From IMG/VR virus record IMGVR_UViG_3300025540_000004: DNA of 31,527 nt; one strand, given 5' to 3'. The position numbers and the translations under genes were made by a program. Every line of letters begins with the position of its first letter. Within the stretch, counting starts at the first letter, position 1. This document shows positions 6,324-15,925 of the stretch, in pieces. The notes under the pieces were generated by a model. The model was not told the DNA's origin. It saw only the letters and a program-made list of their open reading frames with translations, and did not search any database. The stretch comes from a virus.

Positions 6324-6540
6324 CTCCTTCTTTATTTTTGGCTGATGCTTTATCTACACTCGCTTCTGCAAAAATATAGACAGCGACACTCCCAAACGCA
6401 GTAACAATTGCTGTCACTTGAGCAATTTCATTTTCTCCTACATTAAAAACAACCAATAAAGAACCAATTAAGCCTGCGACCAATGCCCAAAATTTACGGC
6501 TTGACAATTTCGTTTTCCAGTCAATTTTCAACTTAAACAC
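6304..6540 (-). CDS. Holin, 78 aa, with two TM segments and a charged C-terminus.
   Basis: The N-terminus [21 protein letters not shown] is reminiscent of phiLC3 or LL-H type holins. The gene lies immediately upstream of the endolysin and overlaps it. Confidence 0.8.
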   Translation of the reverse strand: MFKLKIDWKTKLSSRKFWALVAGLIGSLLVVFNVGENEIAQVTAIVTAFGSVAVYIFAEASVDKASAKNKEGDDSTDE

Positions 6541-6787
6541 CTCCCTTCGAGTTAAAAAGCGTTTTTATTTGCTCATCATGTCTTGTTGTTTTTTCTTTTA
6601 ATAAATCAATTTCAGCCTCATGTAGCTCCAATTGCTTGTCAGTCGTAATTTTAAAATCTTTTAAAGTGTTGTTTAGATTGTCGATTGACAACTGTAATGG
6701 ACTGATGACAATTTTTTTAAATAAAAAAATAACAATACCGCCTAAAAATGACAGTATCGTTATAAAGCTAACTATTTGTTGTAACAT
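6533..6787 (-). CDS. Lysis-cassette membrane protein with an N-terminal TM segment and a coiled coil. It occupies the position of XhlA.
   Basis: The ATG at 6787 has the SD GGAGGTG upstream. The TM segment is IVSFITILSFLGGIVIFLF. The gene overlaps the holin start. Confidence 0.65.
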   Translation of the reverse strand: MLQQIVSFITILSFLGGIVIFLFKKIVISPLQLSIDNLNNTLKDFKITTDKQLELHEAEIDLLKEKTTRHDEQIKTLFNSKGGV

Positions 6788-6799
6788 ATGATCACCTCC

Positions 6800-6834
6800 T
6801 AAATAAAAAGTGTCCATACATTGTGGACACTTTT
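6800..6834 (-). terminator. Intrinsic terminator between the tail fibre gene and the lysis cassette.
   Basis: The stem pairs aaaagtgtcca (6806-6816) with tggacactttt (6824-6834). On the minus strand it is followed by TATTT. Confidence 0.7.
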
Positions 6835-6877
6835 GTTACCGCAGCTTATGTTTTTGTTACCGCGCAATTTCTTCCGT

Positions 6878-9331
6878 TTATGAAATAGGCAAAGTCAAGA
6901 TAGCAGGTTTTCCATTTTTAGAAATAAAGTATTGTTTGCCATTACTATCAATCGGTTGCGGTGATGGTGTTTGGATCATTGTGTCTTTCCAAGTAACCAC
7001 ATCAAGCACACCCTCGTCTACCTTTTGTCTAGCGTATGCTATTACCGCTTCAAAGTCCTCTACTGTGTTTGACCATTGATTTGGAGCAGGTGTTTCAATG
7101 ATATGCCATGCAAAAGAAAACTCTTCCTTTTTTGCAATTACATTGTCAATCCATCCTTGCATCGTTGCCACTGAATCGGTGCTATATGGACTTAAGTACT
7201 GTTGATATCTAGGGTGTGATTGTGGAAACTCCATAGAAGGTGTAACCCTATTATCGCCACCGTAATTATAATTTCGGCAACATACCAAGTATTCCCTCGC
7301 TATCCTATCTACTGTATCAGACCATGAGCCTTGCGGCGCTACGATGCATTTAGAACCAAAATGAAATCCTCTTTCAAACAAGATCCTTGATGATGTTTCA
7401 ATTTCTTCTCGTATTTCAACTTCGCTCAATGTGGCTAAGCTTCTTTGGGTATGACCGTGACTGACCACTAACCATCCCGCATTGTGCATTTCCCTTAACA
7501 TTCGCCACGTTACGTATCCTTCTTTGCCAATGTCATTTGTTGGACAAGCAATCGTACCAACGAAGCCGTACTTTTCCATAATTGGAAATGCGTTTTCGTA
7601 CTGCCCAATTGTCGCATCATCAAAATAAAAACTAATAGCACCTTTTTGTAATGAGCCTGTCTCCATTTTCGCAAGGTTAACTTTTATACTTGTACCATCT
7701 ACACTTCGAACAAACACTCTGAAATATCTAATCTTTGTCCAATCTGGTGTACCTTGTGCGGAAACGAATTTTCTCTTTGGAATACGCAAAAATCTCCAGC
7801 CGTTCTCCTTCACTAGCTTTAGATCATTAGCTGCATAGTAATATGAAAAACGATTTAACAAGTCACTTCCTGTCAATAAATCAATTTGTAAATTGTTTAA
7901 ATTGTTTATATCATCCACGTGTAGATGAATGTCAATAAAATCTTTGTTGGAAAAGTCTAATATACTCCCCATGTCGTAATACACGTAAGCATCTGTCGCA
8001 TTGATAGACGTCAATAAAACTGTTGGTTTTTGATTATATCGAACAATTACATCTGTTGATGCATTCACTTTAATATAAGCTTCTTGATGATTCTCGAACA
8101 CTTTCATTGTTTTTAGATTTGAATCGTATTTATTTCGATTAACAGGTAATCGATTAATTTCTTCGAATGTTTTCTCATGAAGAGTGTCTATTTTGGTTTT
8201 TACTTCTAAAATATCGCTTTTGTTTGCTTTGTAATTAAAAAAGCCTTTTTCTATTTTTGACGATTTTTCATCGTAATCTACCCATTTATCCGGTAAAGAT
8301 TCAATGAACTCATTTACGGCATCAAGTGCAGGCTCATTTCCTACGCCAAATATCTTGGTTAAATCCAACAGAACTAATCTATCTGCTTGTATTGTCCTTC
8401 CGTTTGATGATTCGCTGTCGCTATATATCGCTCTTATTTCAACTGATAAACTATCTGATTCACCATCAACAATAGGAAGTTCTACAATATCATTGAGTAG
8501 ATAATTTTTACCTACTACTGGAAAATAAATTCTTCGTTCTACTACTTCCGTACTCTCGTCAATACCTGTTTTATAGAGTGCAATACCCATGCTATTAAGA
8601 TTATGATTAGTTTGCATATTTAATCTTAAATATATCTTGTGTTTTGGAAGATAACCTCCACCAACATCTTGTTTAACTCTCGTAACGTTATAAGTTCCAT
8701 TTCCCATCATAATTAGTGTGCCATCAAATGTTAAATCAGAATTAAACGCTGTCCAGTTTGAATCGTTAATGAAATTGCCGTTTTTAACGAGATTATTAAA
8801 ACCACTTCCTCCTTGATGCTTTATTTTTCGTATATTATCTCCTAAGGAGTTTTCTCCATCTCTTGCATCAATAATCTCTTGAGCAGATACACTTTCTGCA
8901 GGAGTAGTTATAATTTTACTGATTCTTTCATTAACTGAAATAAGTTCAGATTGACTTGCTTTATCGTATTGTAAAGCATTCATTTTATCGCTTATTGTTG
9001 CAACTTCGGACGTGTTCTGTGCCAACTGCGCATCAACTGAATCAAATCTTTTACCTATTGTTGTATATGATTGTCCATCGTAGCCGGACACTCTGGCATC
9101 AACGACCTCGGCAACATTTGGATTTTCGAGTGACATGTTTGCAATCTGCTCATCATATTTTTTCTCTAGGCTTGTTTGTTTTGTTTCAGTCTCTTGACTT
9201 CTTACATCCGCATCATTCGCTATACTTCCTGCAGCTTCAATTCCACTTGCCAACGCTTCACGTACTTCTCTTCCATATACTTTAGTCCTTATATCATTTG
9301 CCAGTTTCTTTATTGATTCCGGTATTGTCAT
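6878..9331 (-). CDS. Tail fibre or receptor-binding protein of 817 aa with a C-terminal polysaccharide-deacetylase-like (NodB/CE4) domain.
   Basis: - The N-terminus DIRTKVYGREVREALASGIEAAG and the repeats VVDAR..G..Y.TIGKRFD and IIDARDGENSLGDNIR are typical of phage fibres.
- A CBM-like segment reads NLVKNGNF..W.
- The C-terminus carries FYFDDAT and VVSHGHTQ, which resemble NodB motifs. Confidence 0.85.
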   Translation of the reverse strand: MTIPESIKKLANDIRTKVYGREVREALASGIEAAGSIANDADVRSQETETKQTSLEKKYDEQIANMSLENPNVAEVVDARVSGYDGQSYTTIGKRFDSVDAQLAQNTSEVATISDKMNALQYDKASQSELISVNERISKIITTPAESVSAQEIIDARDGENSLGDNIRKIKHQGGSGFNNLVKNGNFINDSNWTAFNSDLTFDGTLIMMGNGTYNVTRVKQDVGGGYLPKHKIYLRLNMQTNHNLNSMGIALYKTGIDESTEVVERRIYFPVVGKNYLLNDIVELPIVDGESDSLSVEIRAIYSDSESSNGRTIQADRLVLLDLTKIFGVGNEPALDAVNEFIESLPDKWVDYDEKSSKIEKGFFNYKANKSDILEVKTKIDTLHEKTFEEINRLPVNRNKYDSNLKTMKVFENHQEAYIKVNASTDVIVRYNQKPTVLLTSINATDAYVYYDMGSILDFSNKDFIDIHLHVDDINNLNNLQIDLLTGSDLLNRFSYYYAANDLKLVKENGWRFLRIPKRKFVSAQGTPDWTKIRYFRVFVRSVDGTSIKVNLAKMETGSLQKGAISFYFDDATIGQYENAFPIMEKYGFVGTIACPTNDIGKEGYVTWRMLREMHNAGWLVVSHGHTQRSLATLSEVEIREEIETSSRILFERGFHFGSKCIVAPQGSWSDTVDRIAREYLVCCRNYNYGGDNRVTPSMEFPQSHPRYQQYLSPYSTDSVATMQGWIDNVIAKKEEFSFAWHIIETPAPNQWSNTVEDFEAVIAYARQKVDEGVLDVVTWKDTMIQTPSPQPIDSNGKQYFISKNGKPAILTLPIS

Positions 9332-9396
9332 CTTTTATGACCTCCTTCAAAAGCTGCTCGGTCAACTCTTTGATTTTCTGTACTAAATCGCTTATT

Positions 9397-10899
9397 TTAG
9401 CCATTATTTGCACCTTCCAACGCTTCAACTCTGCGTACTAAATCATCTAATTTCGTTTTTAATGTATCCAAATTAACGCTTTTTGTCACTGTGATCATAT
9501 TAAGCTTAGCTTTATCCGCTTTAGACATGAGCCCGTCTTTTGATGTTGTAGCTAATTCATAAGTAGGTAGATTATTAATTGCCGTCTGTAAGTTTGCTAT
9601 TGCAGTTTGCAAATCAGCTACCGCTTGTTCCAACGCTGGGATATCATTTTCAGTCAACGTTTGTTGGACTTCTTGGACTTCTTCATTAACGGCTGTTAAT
9701 TCAGTTTTTAAAGCAGCAATGGTTTGGGATTGACGGCTAACGGTATTTTGTAGGTCAACCACTTTTTGGGCTGATTTATTAGCTTCATTTTGATATTCAG
9801 ACAATGTTTTAAACTTGTCTCCAATTGTTAAATCACTGTTCTGTGGCTCGTTAATATTAATGGACTTACCAATAATCCGTAACCTTTCATCAATCCCCAT
9901 TATTGGGTTTTTGACTGGGTGAGAGTTACCGACGTCCAAATAGTCAATGTCTAAGCCAATTAAAAATAAGTCGAGTGCTGCTATTTTATATTGATTCAAA
10001 GATGTTTTTTGATTAGCAAGCCATTCTTGACCTTTTCTTAATAAGTTGTTTGAGTCAGTAACATCATCCCAAGTTACCGCCCCACCTTGTATACCAAACT
10101 CCTTTTTTAATGCTTCATTGTCGATATAAGGTACTCCATTATTTACTGATTCTATGGTAAGCCTCGCTTCGGACGCGTCTGTTGCTTGTTCGTCTTCACT
10201 TTCTATGCGTGTACCCAATGGTGTAAGCCTGGTAATAATATCGGTAGGATCTACATCAACGCTCATGCTTAGCAGGTTTTTGGCAAGTTTAATTTCAGTA
10301 CTTTTGTCTTCGCCAACTCTTTCCAAGTAATCTAAAAAGCGGACCCCGTTTTCCTTACGAATTTGGAGTTCGCCACCTAGTCTATCAAGCAACTTTTCTT
10401 TGATAGTTTCAAATGTACTTTTTTCTGCTGATGTATATAGATAAACATAATCATTCGGATCCACAACTGTTACGTTTCCGACTTGGAATTGTTTATATCC
10501 TTCCACTTGGCTATTATGATAGGTTAATAGTTCAGTAAGTAATTCCTTTGGACTTCCCCTAAATTCTCTGTGTTTTTGTACACTATCATGTAAATAGCCA
10601 AGTTCTCCCTCGCATTCGTATGATTCATCTAATAAACCGTTAGAGTCCATATTTTTTGATGGTCCCAAAACACGACCTTCAAACTCATATTTACCAGTTT
10701 TCAAATTAAGGATATTTATTAATGTCTTTAATGGCTTAATTTTCCCGTATGCTGGATTGTTTAAATAAAATCCAAAATTAAAAGTATCAATTTTATTAAT
10801 TTCTTTTTTGATGGTACCAACCGGCAACTTTAAATCATTAACGTAGGGACTATGAATAACCGTTGACACTCCGTCATTTATAATTGTTACTTTGTACAA
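9397..10899 (-). CDS. Tail tip protein (Tal, of the prophage-tail endopeptidase-family type) with a C-terminal coiled coil.
   Basis: It lies directly after Dit. The N-terminus YKVTIINDG...IHSPYVNDLKL resembles siphovirus Tal N-terminal domains. The C-terminus carries a KDGLMSKADKAKLN fibre motif. Confidence 0.8.
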   Translation of the reverse strand: MYKVTIINDGVSTVIHSPYVNDLKLPVGTIKKEINKIDTFNFGFYLNNPAYGKIKPLKTLINILNLKTGKYEFEGRVLGPSKNMDSNGLLDESYECEGELGYLHDSVQKHREFRGSPKELLTELLTYHNSQVEGYKQFQVGNVTVVDPNDYVYLYTSAEKSTFETIKEKLLDRLGGELQIRKENGVRFLDYLERVGEDKSTEIKLAKNLLSMSVDVDPTDIITRLTPLGTRIESEDEQATDASEARLTIESVNNGVPYIDNEALKKEFGIQGGAVTWDDVTDSNNLLRKGQEWLANQKTSLNQYKIAALDLFLIGLDIDYLDVGNSHPVKNPIMGIDERLRIIGKSININEPQNSDLTIGDKFKTLSEYQNEANKSAQKVVDLQNTVSRQSQTIAALKTELTAVNEEVQEVQQTLTENDIPALEQAVADLQTAIANLQTAINNLPTYELATTSKDGLMSKADKAKLNMITVTKSVNLDTLKTKLDDLVRRVEALEGANNG

Positions 10900-10900
10900 A

Positions 10901-11608
10901 CTAGATCAACTCCTTAAAAAATTTAAAGGAGATTGCACCATTGCCGATTATTTTTACTGTATTTTCCCCGTTTCTTAACATAAAATCTTGGTCTTTTGTT
11001 GTTCCTTGTGCAACTGTGTACGATATTCCATCTTTTATAATTGTCATTTGAGATGAGCAGGTTATTTCTGGAATCACATCGGGTGTACCGGCATTAATGA
11101 GTATAACTTCTAGCTCCCCATTTACAGTAAAGCTTGTTTTTTGCGCAACGTCTAACTCAAAATTAAAACTATCCCAGATATCGTTCCCTTCTGGTAATTC
11201 AGCAATCATAAATGGATAAGCCTTAAATGTACATGTTAAAACTCCATCTGCCCAGTTCTCTGAAAACGATGTACTTCCTTCAATTTCGGCTAAAAAATAA
11301 TAGCCCGGATAAGCGTCATCATATAATGGTTGCTTTCCATGACTATTCATGAGCCAATTGAGTATTTTTGTTTTCTTGGTAATCATTCGCTCTTTTGTCG
11401 CATCTTGAATATTAAAAGGATATTTTAATGTTCTTGGCTCATATGCTTGGGTTCCATACACCTCACTGAAGTCATATTCAATATTTGAAAAAGGAACAGT
11501 AACAAGAATTTTTTTCTTACTTGGTAAACCTATTTCTCGTCCAGGTGCCATTGTTATTCCTAAATCGGTGTAAGAGTGCTTGCCTAAGTATTTAATTCCA
11601 TACATCAC
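10901..11608 (-). CDS. Distal tail protein (Dit).
   Basis: It lies directly after the tape measure gene. The N-terminus reads YLGKHSYTDLGITM.... Confidence 0.8.
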   Translation of the reverse strand: MMYGIKYLGKHSYTDLGITMAPGREIGLPSKKKILVTVPFSNIEYDFSEVYGTQAYEPRTLKYPFNIQDATKERMITKKTKILNWLMNSHGKQPLYDDAYPGYYFLAEIEGSTSFSENWADGVLTCTFKAYPFMIAELPEGNDIWDSFNFELDVAQKTSFTVNGELEVILINAGTPDVIPEITCSSQMTIIKDGISYTVAQGTTKDQDFMLRNGENTVKIIGNGAISFKFFKELI

Positions 11609-13524
11609 GTAGCAAGCCCCCTGTCAATCTTTCTAATTTTCACTCCACCTTCTTGGTCAGAAACATCACCAATGACCTGTCCTAAAACTTTATCATTTAA
11701 CATCAGTACAATTGGTCTATTCGATTGGTTCGAATTCATTGTTGCAGCTATACCTCTACCAATAGCATTAAGGTTTTCTTCATTCAATGGCAATATAGCT
11801 TCTGGACCTGCTTCACCACCTGCCATAAGGTTTCTTCCATTCATCCCAAAAATGGTAGGAGTTGTCATAATACCGCCATCCGCATACCAGTCTACACTTA
11901 ATTTTGGTACAGACGGTGGCTTTAGGCTAAATTCACCTTTCAAACTAAAATGAGGTAGTTTTGGCATTTCTATTTTTGGTAACTTCAACTTCAATCCAGA
12001 AAAGAACCCTTTGATTTTATCAACAATCCCACTAATTTTATCTCTAGCTGCTTCTATAGGGGCTACTATTTTTTCCTTGGCTGTCTGCATAGCGTTAGCA
12101 GCTTTGTCGCGTAACTCGTTAAATTTATTTACTGCCCCGTCTTTGAGTTCGTTTACTTTATTTACAAATCCATTTTTCAATTCAGTTATTTTATTTACAA
12201 CATTATCTTTCAATTCTCCAGCTTTTGCCTTAATAGTGTCCCAGTTTTGCCATAACAAGACACCTATTGCAATCAGTGCACCAATAGCAACAACTACTAT
12301 TCCAATTGGACTAGTTAAAAAAGCCATTGTTGTTCCTAGTACTTTCCCTGCTGCATCCATTGCATACATACTTACAATTGCTATGGTTTCTGCTGCACTT
12401 TTAGCGTGTAAAGCTAAAGTATATATGCCAAATGCCGCGGCAGCACCAGATACACCTGCAATTAATGGCAAGATTGCATTTAAGAAGTTTGTTGTATCTG
12501 TAGCTAATTTATTAAAGTCAATCGCTAAGATATCATCTTTTAAATTCCCCATCTTTTCGACAAAAGTATCAATCACACCACTGTTACTAACCTTGTCAAA
12601 AAATCCTTGAACCTTATCAGCAATCTCCTGAAAAATATCCCTTAATGATGTAAAAGCTGTAGAACTTGTAATGTCATCTCTTAAATTTCCGAGCCATCCT
12701 TGAAAATCTTGAACTTTTTGCCCGGCATTTTGTAGCCAATTTGTTGTGTTTTTTAATCCACTTATTGCTTTATCTAGAATAGGAGCACCAACAATATTTT
12801 TAAAGTCTGTCCAAGCTTGTTTTAAGTTTCCTAATTGGTTCTCCCATGAATCAGATTCTCTAGCTGCTTGCCCTAATGCTCCAGCTGCTGCATTTCCTTC
12901 CTCAACCATCCGCAATAAAGTTAACTGTTTTTGAGCTTCGTTTAATTCGTTAAATGATTTTCCGTATAACTTGTTTGCCATTGCATTTCTGGTTGTTTCT
13001 GTTGCGGATATACCTAATGCAGCATCATTCTCATAATTACCTTTTAGAAAAGATTGTAAGCTCTCTGTTACTGATTCAATTGATTTGTCGTAAAAGGCTG
13101 CACTATCTGCCGCGGCCATTGTTGCACGTTCTGATAGAGATAATGCAGAAGCTGTATCCATACCCGTTGTTTTAGCAAATGCTGCCATTTGTGTGAATGT
13201 AGGCTTTAACCTATTAGGTAACATTCCGGTAGTCTTAGAAATAGAATCTAATGAATTTTGCGCTTGCCCCCTTAAATCATCAAACACTTGGTCAAATTGT
13301 GCTTGTATAGCCTTCGCGCTTGCTGCAGCTTCGATAGATGCTTTACCAAAATTAACTAATTTATCAACTGCAAAATAAGTCCCTATTGCAATAGCGGCTT
13401 TTTTGAAAAAACCTGTAATTTTGCTACCAGCGTCTTTAGCCTTACCAACAGTACCATCTATGCCTTTCTCGGCATCCGATGTATCGACACCAATAGTACC
13501 AAATAGCTTAAATATTTCATTCAT
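11605..13524 (-). CDS. Tape measure protein, 639 aa.
   Basis: The protein is long, Ala/Gly-rich and helical, with a central hydrophobic block. It follows the chaperone pair. Confidence 0.9.
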   Translation of the reverse strand: MNEIFKLFGTIGVDTSDAEKGIDGTVGKAKDAGSKITGFFKKAAIAIGTYFAVDKLVNFGKASIEAAASAKAIQAQFDQVFDDLRGQAQNSLDSISKTTGMLPNRLKPTFTQMAAFAKTTGMDTASALSLSERATMAAADSAAFYDKSIESVTESLQSFLKGNYENDAALGISATETTRNAMANKLYGKSFNELNEAQKQLTLLRMVEEGNAAAGALGQAARESDSWENQLGNLKQAWTDFKNIVGAPILDKAISGLKNTTNWLQNAGQKVQDFQGWLGNLRDDITSSTAFTSLRDIFQEIADKVQGFFDKVSNSGVIDTFVEKMGNLKDDILAIDFNKLATDTTNFLNAILPLIAGVSGAAAAFGIYTLALHAKSAAETIAIVSMYAMDAAGKVLGTTMAFLTSPIGIVVVAIGALIAIGVLLWQNWDTIKAKAGELKDNVVNKITELKNGFVNKVNELKDGAVNKFNELRDKAANAMQTAKEKIVAPIEAARDKISGIVDKIKGFFSGLKLKLPKIEMPKLPHFSLKGEFSLKPPSVPKLSVDWYADGGIMTTPTIFGMNGRNLMAGGEAGPEAILPLNEENLNAIGRGIAATMNSNQSNRPIVLMLNDKVLGQVIGDVSDQEGGVKIRKIDRGLAT

Positions 13525-14202
13525 TTACGTTCTCACCACCTTTGTTAACCGGCTTGATAAACTTCATGGCATTATTGATAGCTGCCTGCTCTTCCTCTTT
13601 ACTTAATAGCTTATTCTTTGGTCTGTACATATCTTTGTAATGCTCTTTCTTGAAGTCTGGGAAACTCTTTTTACTGTACTTGTGTAACCACGTTTCCCAA
13701 AGGCTGTCCTCTACATCCTTATCAAATAAATACAAAATATAATCCGCTAAACTTGCTAACGAATGAGTTCTTAGTAAGGATAACGGATCTCCATATCGTT
13801 TAAACAAAATGTCTTTTAATTTAAACTCCATATTCTCATTTTGGTTTACAGTAAGGAGGCGATAGATGTAAAAAAATCCTTTAATTCAGGTTTTTTAAAG
13901 AAATTAATTAATAATGCTGTATAATCTTTTAATCCTAGCTTTTTAATCTCATTAACGTTTACACCACATAAATCAGCAAGTAGAGCATTAATATCATTCT
14001 TTACAGAACCAATATTTTTGAGAACGGTCTGTAATAAATTAGCTGTGGCCTCCATGCCACGTTTTTCAGCATCAACTTCACTATCAGTAACTGCATTTCT
14101 CTCAAACATCTTCACAAAATCGTCTTTAATATCCAACTTTCCAACAATAGAAAGAAGGGTAAACAGATCGTCACCCCTCAACTCTCTCATTTCATAATTC
14201 AT
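13517..14202 (-). CDS. Tail assembly chaperone fusion (gpGT-like) made by a programmed -1 frameshift.
   Basis: The downstream ORF (13517..13831 in the ORF track) is in the -1 frame relative to 13846..14202. That frame stays open from 13884 through the slippery site. Confidence 0.7.
13846..14202 (-). CDS. Tail assembly chaperone (gpG-like).
   Basis: It lies between the major tail and tape measure genes. A T7 slippery run sits near its 3' end. Confidence 0.8.
   Translation of the reverse strand: MNYEMRELRGDDLFTLLSIVGKLDIKDDFVKMFERNAVTDSEVDAEKRGMEATANLLQTVLKNIGSVKNDINALLADLCGVNVNEIKKLGLKDYTALLINFFKKPELKDFFTSIASLL
13870..13876 (-). other. A -1 frameshift slippery heptamer, U UUU UUU.
   Basis: The zero frame reads GAT TTT TTT ACA. 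The heptamer T TTT TTT corresponds to the A7 run on the plus strand at 13870-13876. Confidence 0.7.
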
Positions 14203-14214
14203 CTATTATCCTCC

Positions 14215-14820
14215 TTATGCACCAGTTGTTTCACCAGGATACAATATTTTCCATGGGAATGTTTCTGCTTCTAATTGTTCAGGAGTTGCATGTGCTTCAT
14301 ATGTTTGTTCTACGACGGCCTCGTTATTGTCTTCCGTACCTAATTCAAGGCCTGAAGTGCATAACACGTTATCAAGAATGGCGATAATCGGCTTGTTTGT
14401 TCCACTTAATCGACCAACAACCGCCATATTAGAAATATAATCTGTATCATCAACATTTAATTTTGATTCAATTACTTTATATCCAGCAGGTGCTTCCTCT
14501 GCAGTAGCATCTCTGATTAATCCATTCAGTGATTTGCGAATATTTTCAGCCGTCAATTCTTTCATATTTGCGGTGATAGTCGCATTAGCTGATTCAAGGA
14601 CCTTATTTCCCTTCACTTTCATTTTTGTTGCCCCATCAACTTCAATATCCCTGTATGATTGTTCAATAGTTAATGTAACACCGCCAGATGTTGCCCCCTG
14701 TAATGTTCCTGTAAAATCCCCACTTTCGCTGTCAAAAGTGACATTTGTATAAACAACGCCCGCGTCAATAATGTAATTCTTTGCGGTAGTGCTTGAATAT
14801 CCCGATTTCTTTAATACCAT
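14215..14820 (-). CDS. Major tail protein.
   Basis: Assigned from position, size (201 aa) and a composition suggesting beta-rich structure. Confidence 0.8.
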   Translation of the reverse strand: MVLKKSGYSSTTAKNYIIDAGVVYTNVTFDSESGDFTGTLQGATSGGVTLTIEQSYRDIEVDGATKMKVKGNKVLESANATITANMKELTAENIRKSLNGLIRDATAEEAPAGYKVIESKLNVDDTDYISNMAVVGRLSGTNKPIIAILDNVLCTSGLELGTEDNNEAVVEQTYEAHATPEQLEAETFPWKILYPGETTGA

Positions 14821-15188
14821 TATTTATTCCTCCAATCTACCTTGCAGTAAATCTGTAAATTTCTCCGTTTAATCAAATCGTCACCGGTTGAAATCTTTGT
14901 AGACCTCAAAAAGTTAAAACGCATTAATACATCATCTGTTAAAATTATTAAATCCTTAAAATGTGCTTTTATATTACTTTCCAACTGAAATATATTTGTA
15001 TAGCTTGAATTATTGTCGAAAATATCAACATCAATATCAAAGCCTTCAACATTAGGCTCAATTGCTTCAGCGTCAAAATCAAATGTTAGGTATGGATAAG
15101 TAACGTTTGATTTTCGATTCTTCTCATGAAAACTTTCTGGTGTAACTGCTCTAAACTGTTTTGTTAACTCTTGTACAAATTCAATCAT
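14820..15188 (-). CDS. Tail completion or tail terminator-type protein.
   Basis: It lies between the gp10-like gene and the major tail gene. The ATG at 15188 overlaps the upstream stop (ATGATTGA). Confidence 0.5.
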   Translation of the reverse strand: MIEFVQELTKQFRAVTPESFHEKNRKSNVTYPYLTFDFDAEAIEPNVEGFDIDVDIFDNNSSYTNIFQLESNIKAHFKDLIILTDDVLMRFNFLRSTKISTGDDLIKRRNLQIYCKVDWRNK

Positions 15189-15612
15189 TACCTTTAACCC
15201 CCTTGAAAGAGGTTTTAAATTTATCGCCAATTATTTTTATCACTTGCTTTTTATTACTTCTAAATGCTGGCCTTAAAAATGGTTGTGGATCTTGCCCCCA
15301 AGTAAAGAACCATTCACCCGATGGATCCTGATAGACCCATCCACCTTTACGACCTGCCCCATTCTCCGCGAACTCACCAGTCCCATACTCTACATATATG
15401 GCATACATCAAAGGAGAACCGACTTGACCAACAATTTTTCCATTTTGTTCAAATACTTTATGATTGATTTTATCTCTTAATTCCGCGGTATTACCAACCG
15501 GCGCCAGTGCTTTGGCTTGTCCTTCAACTAAAAGGCAAGCACTTTCCATTGATTTTGTTGCTGCAAGTTTAAGTGCTTTTTTTACGACTCCGGAATTATC
15601 TTCAAATTTCAT
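15181..15612 (-). CDS. HK97 gp10-family head-tail joining protein.
   Basis: Motifs AKALAPVGNTAELRDKI and YAIYVEYGTG are typical of the gp10 family. Confidence 0.75.
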   Translation of the reverse strand: MKFEDNSGVVKKALKLAATKSMESACLLVEGQAKALAPVGNTAELRDKINHKVFEQNGKIVGQVGSPLMYAIYVEYGTGEFAENGAGRKGGWVYQDPSGEWFFTWGQDPQPFLRPAFRSNKKQVIKIIGDKFKTSFKGVKGND

Positions 15613-15925
15613 TCAAAACACCGCCAAACTTGCAGTAAATTTCATTATGATGTTGCATTCCCATTGGATCATCACTGTAGGTAATCGTGTAAAATCGCTT
15701 ATTTAAGTCAACTACGCGCATTTTATCTGTGATACCTTCTGTAAATACCGGAATAATCAAAAGATGTGTTGATTGCTCAATTACAGCGTTTTGAACAGTA
15801 TTTAGGTCAGTTCCGGTTACTAAGTCGAGATAACCTTGAACTTCTTTAAACAAGGTCCAGTCCTCAATATATCCGCCAATTCCATCATCAATTTGTGTCA
15901 ATTGTTGTATTTGAAAAGTGTTCAT
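15602..15925 (-). CDS. Head closure or head-tail adaptor protein.
   Basis: Assigned by position. The start at 15925 overlaps the upstream stop (TAATG). Confidence 0.65.
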   Translation of the reverse strand: MNTFQIQQLTQIDDGIGGYIEDWTLFKEVQGYLDLVTGTDLNTVQNAVIEQSTHLLIIPVFTEGITDKMRVVDLNKRFYTITYSDDPMGMQHHNEIYCKFGGVLNEI

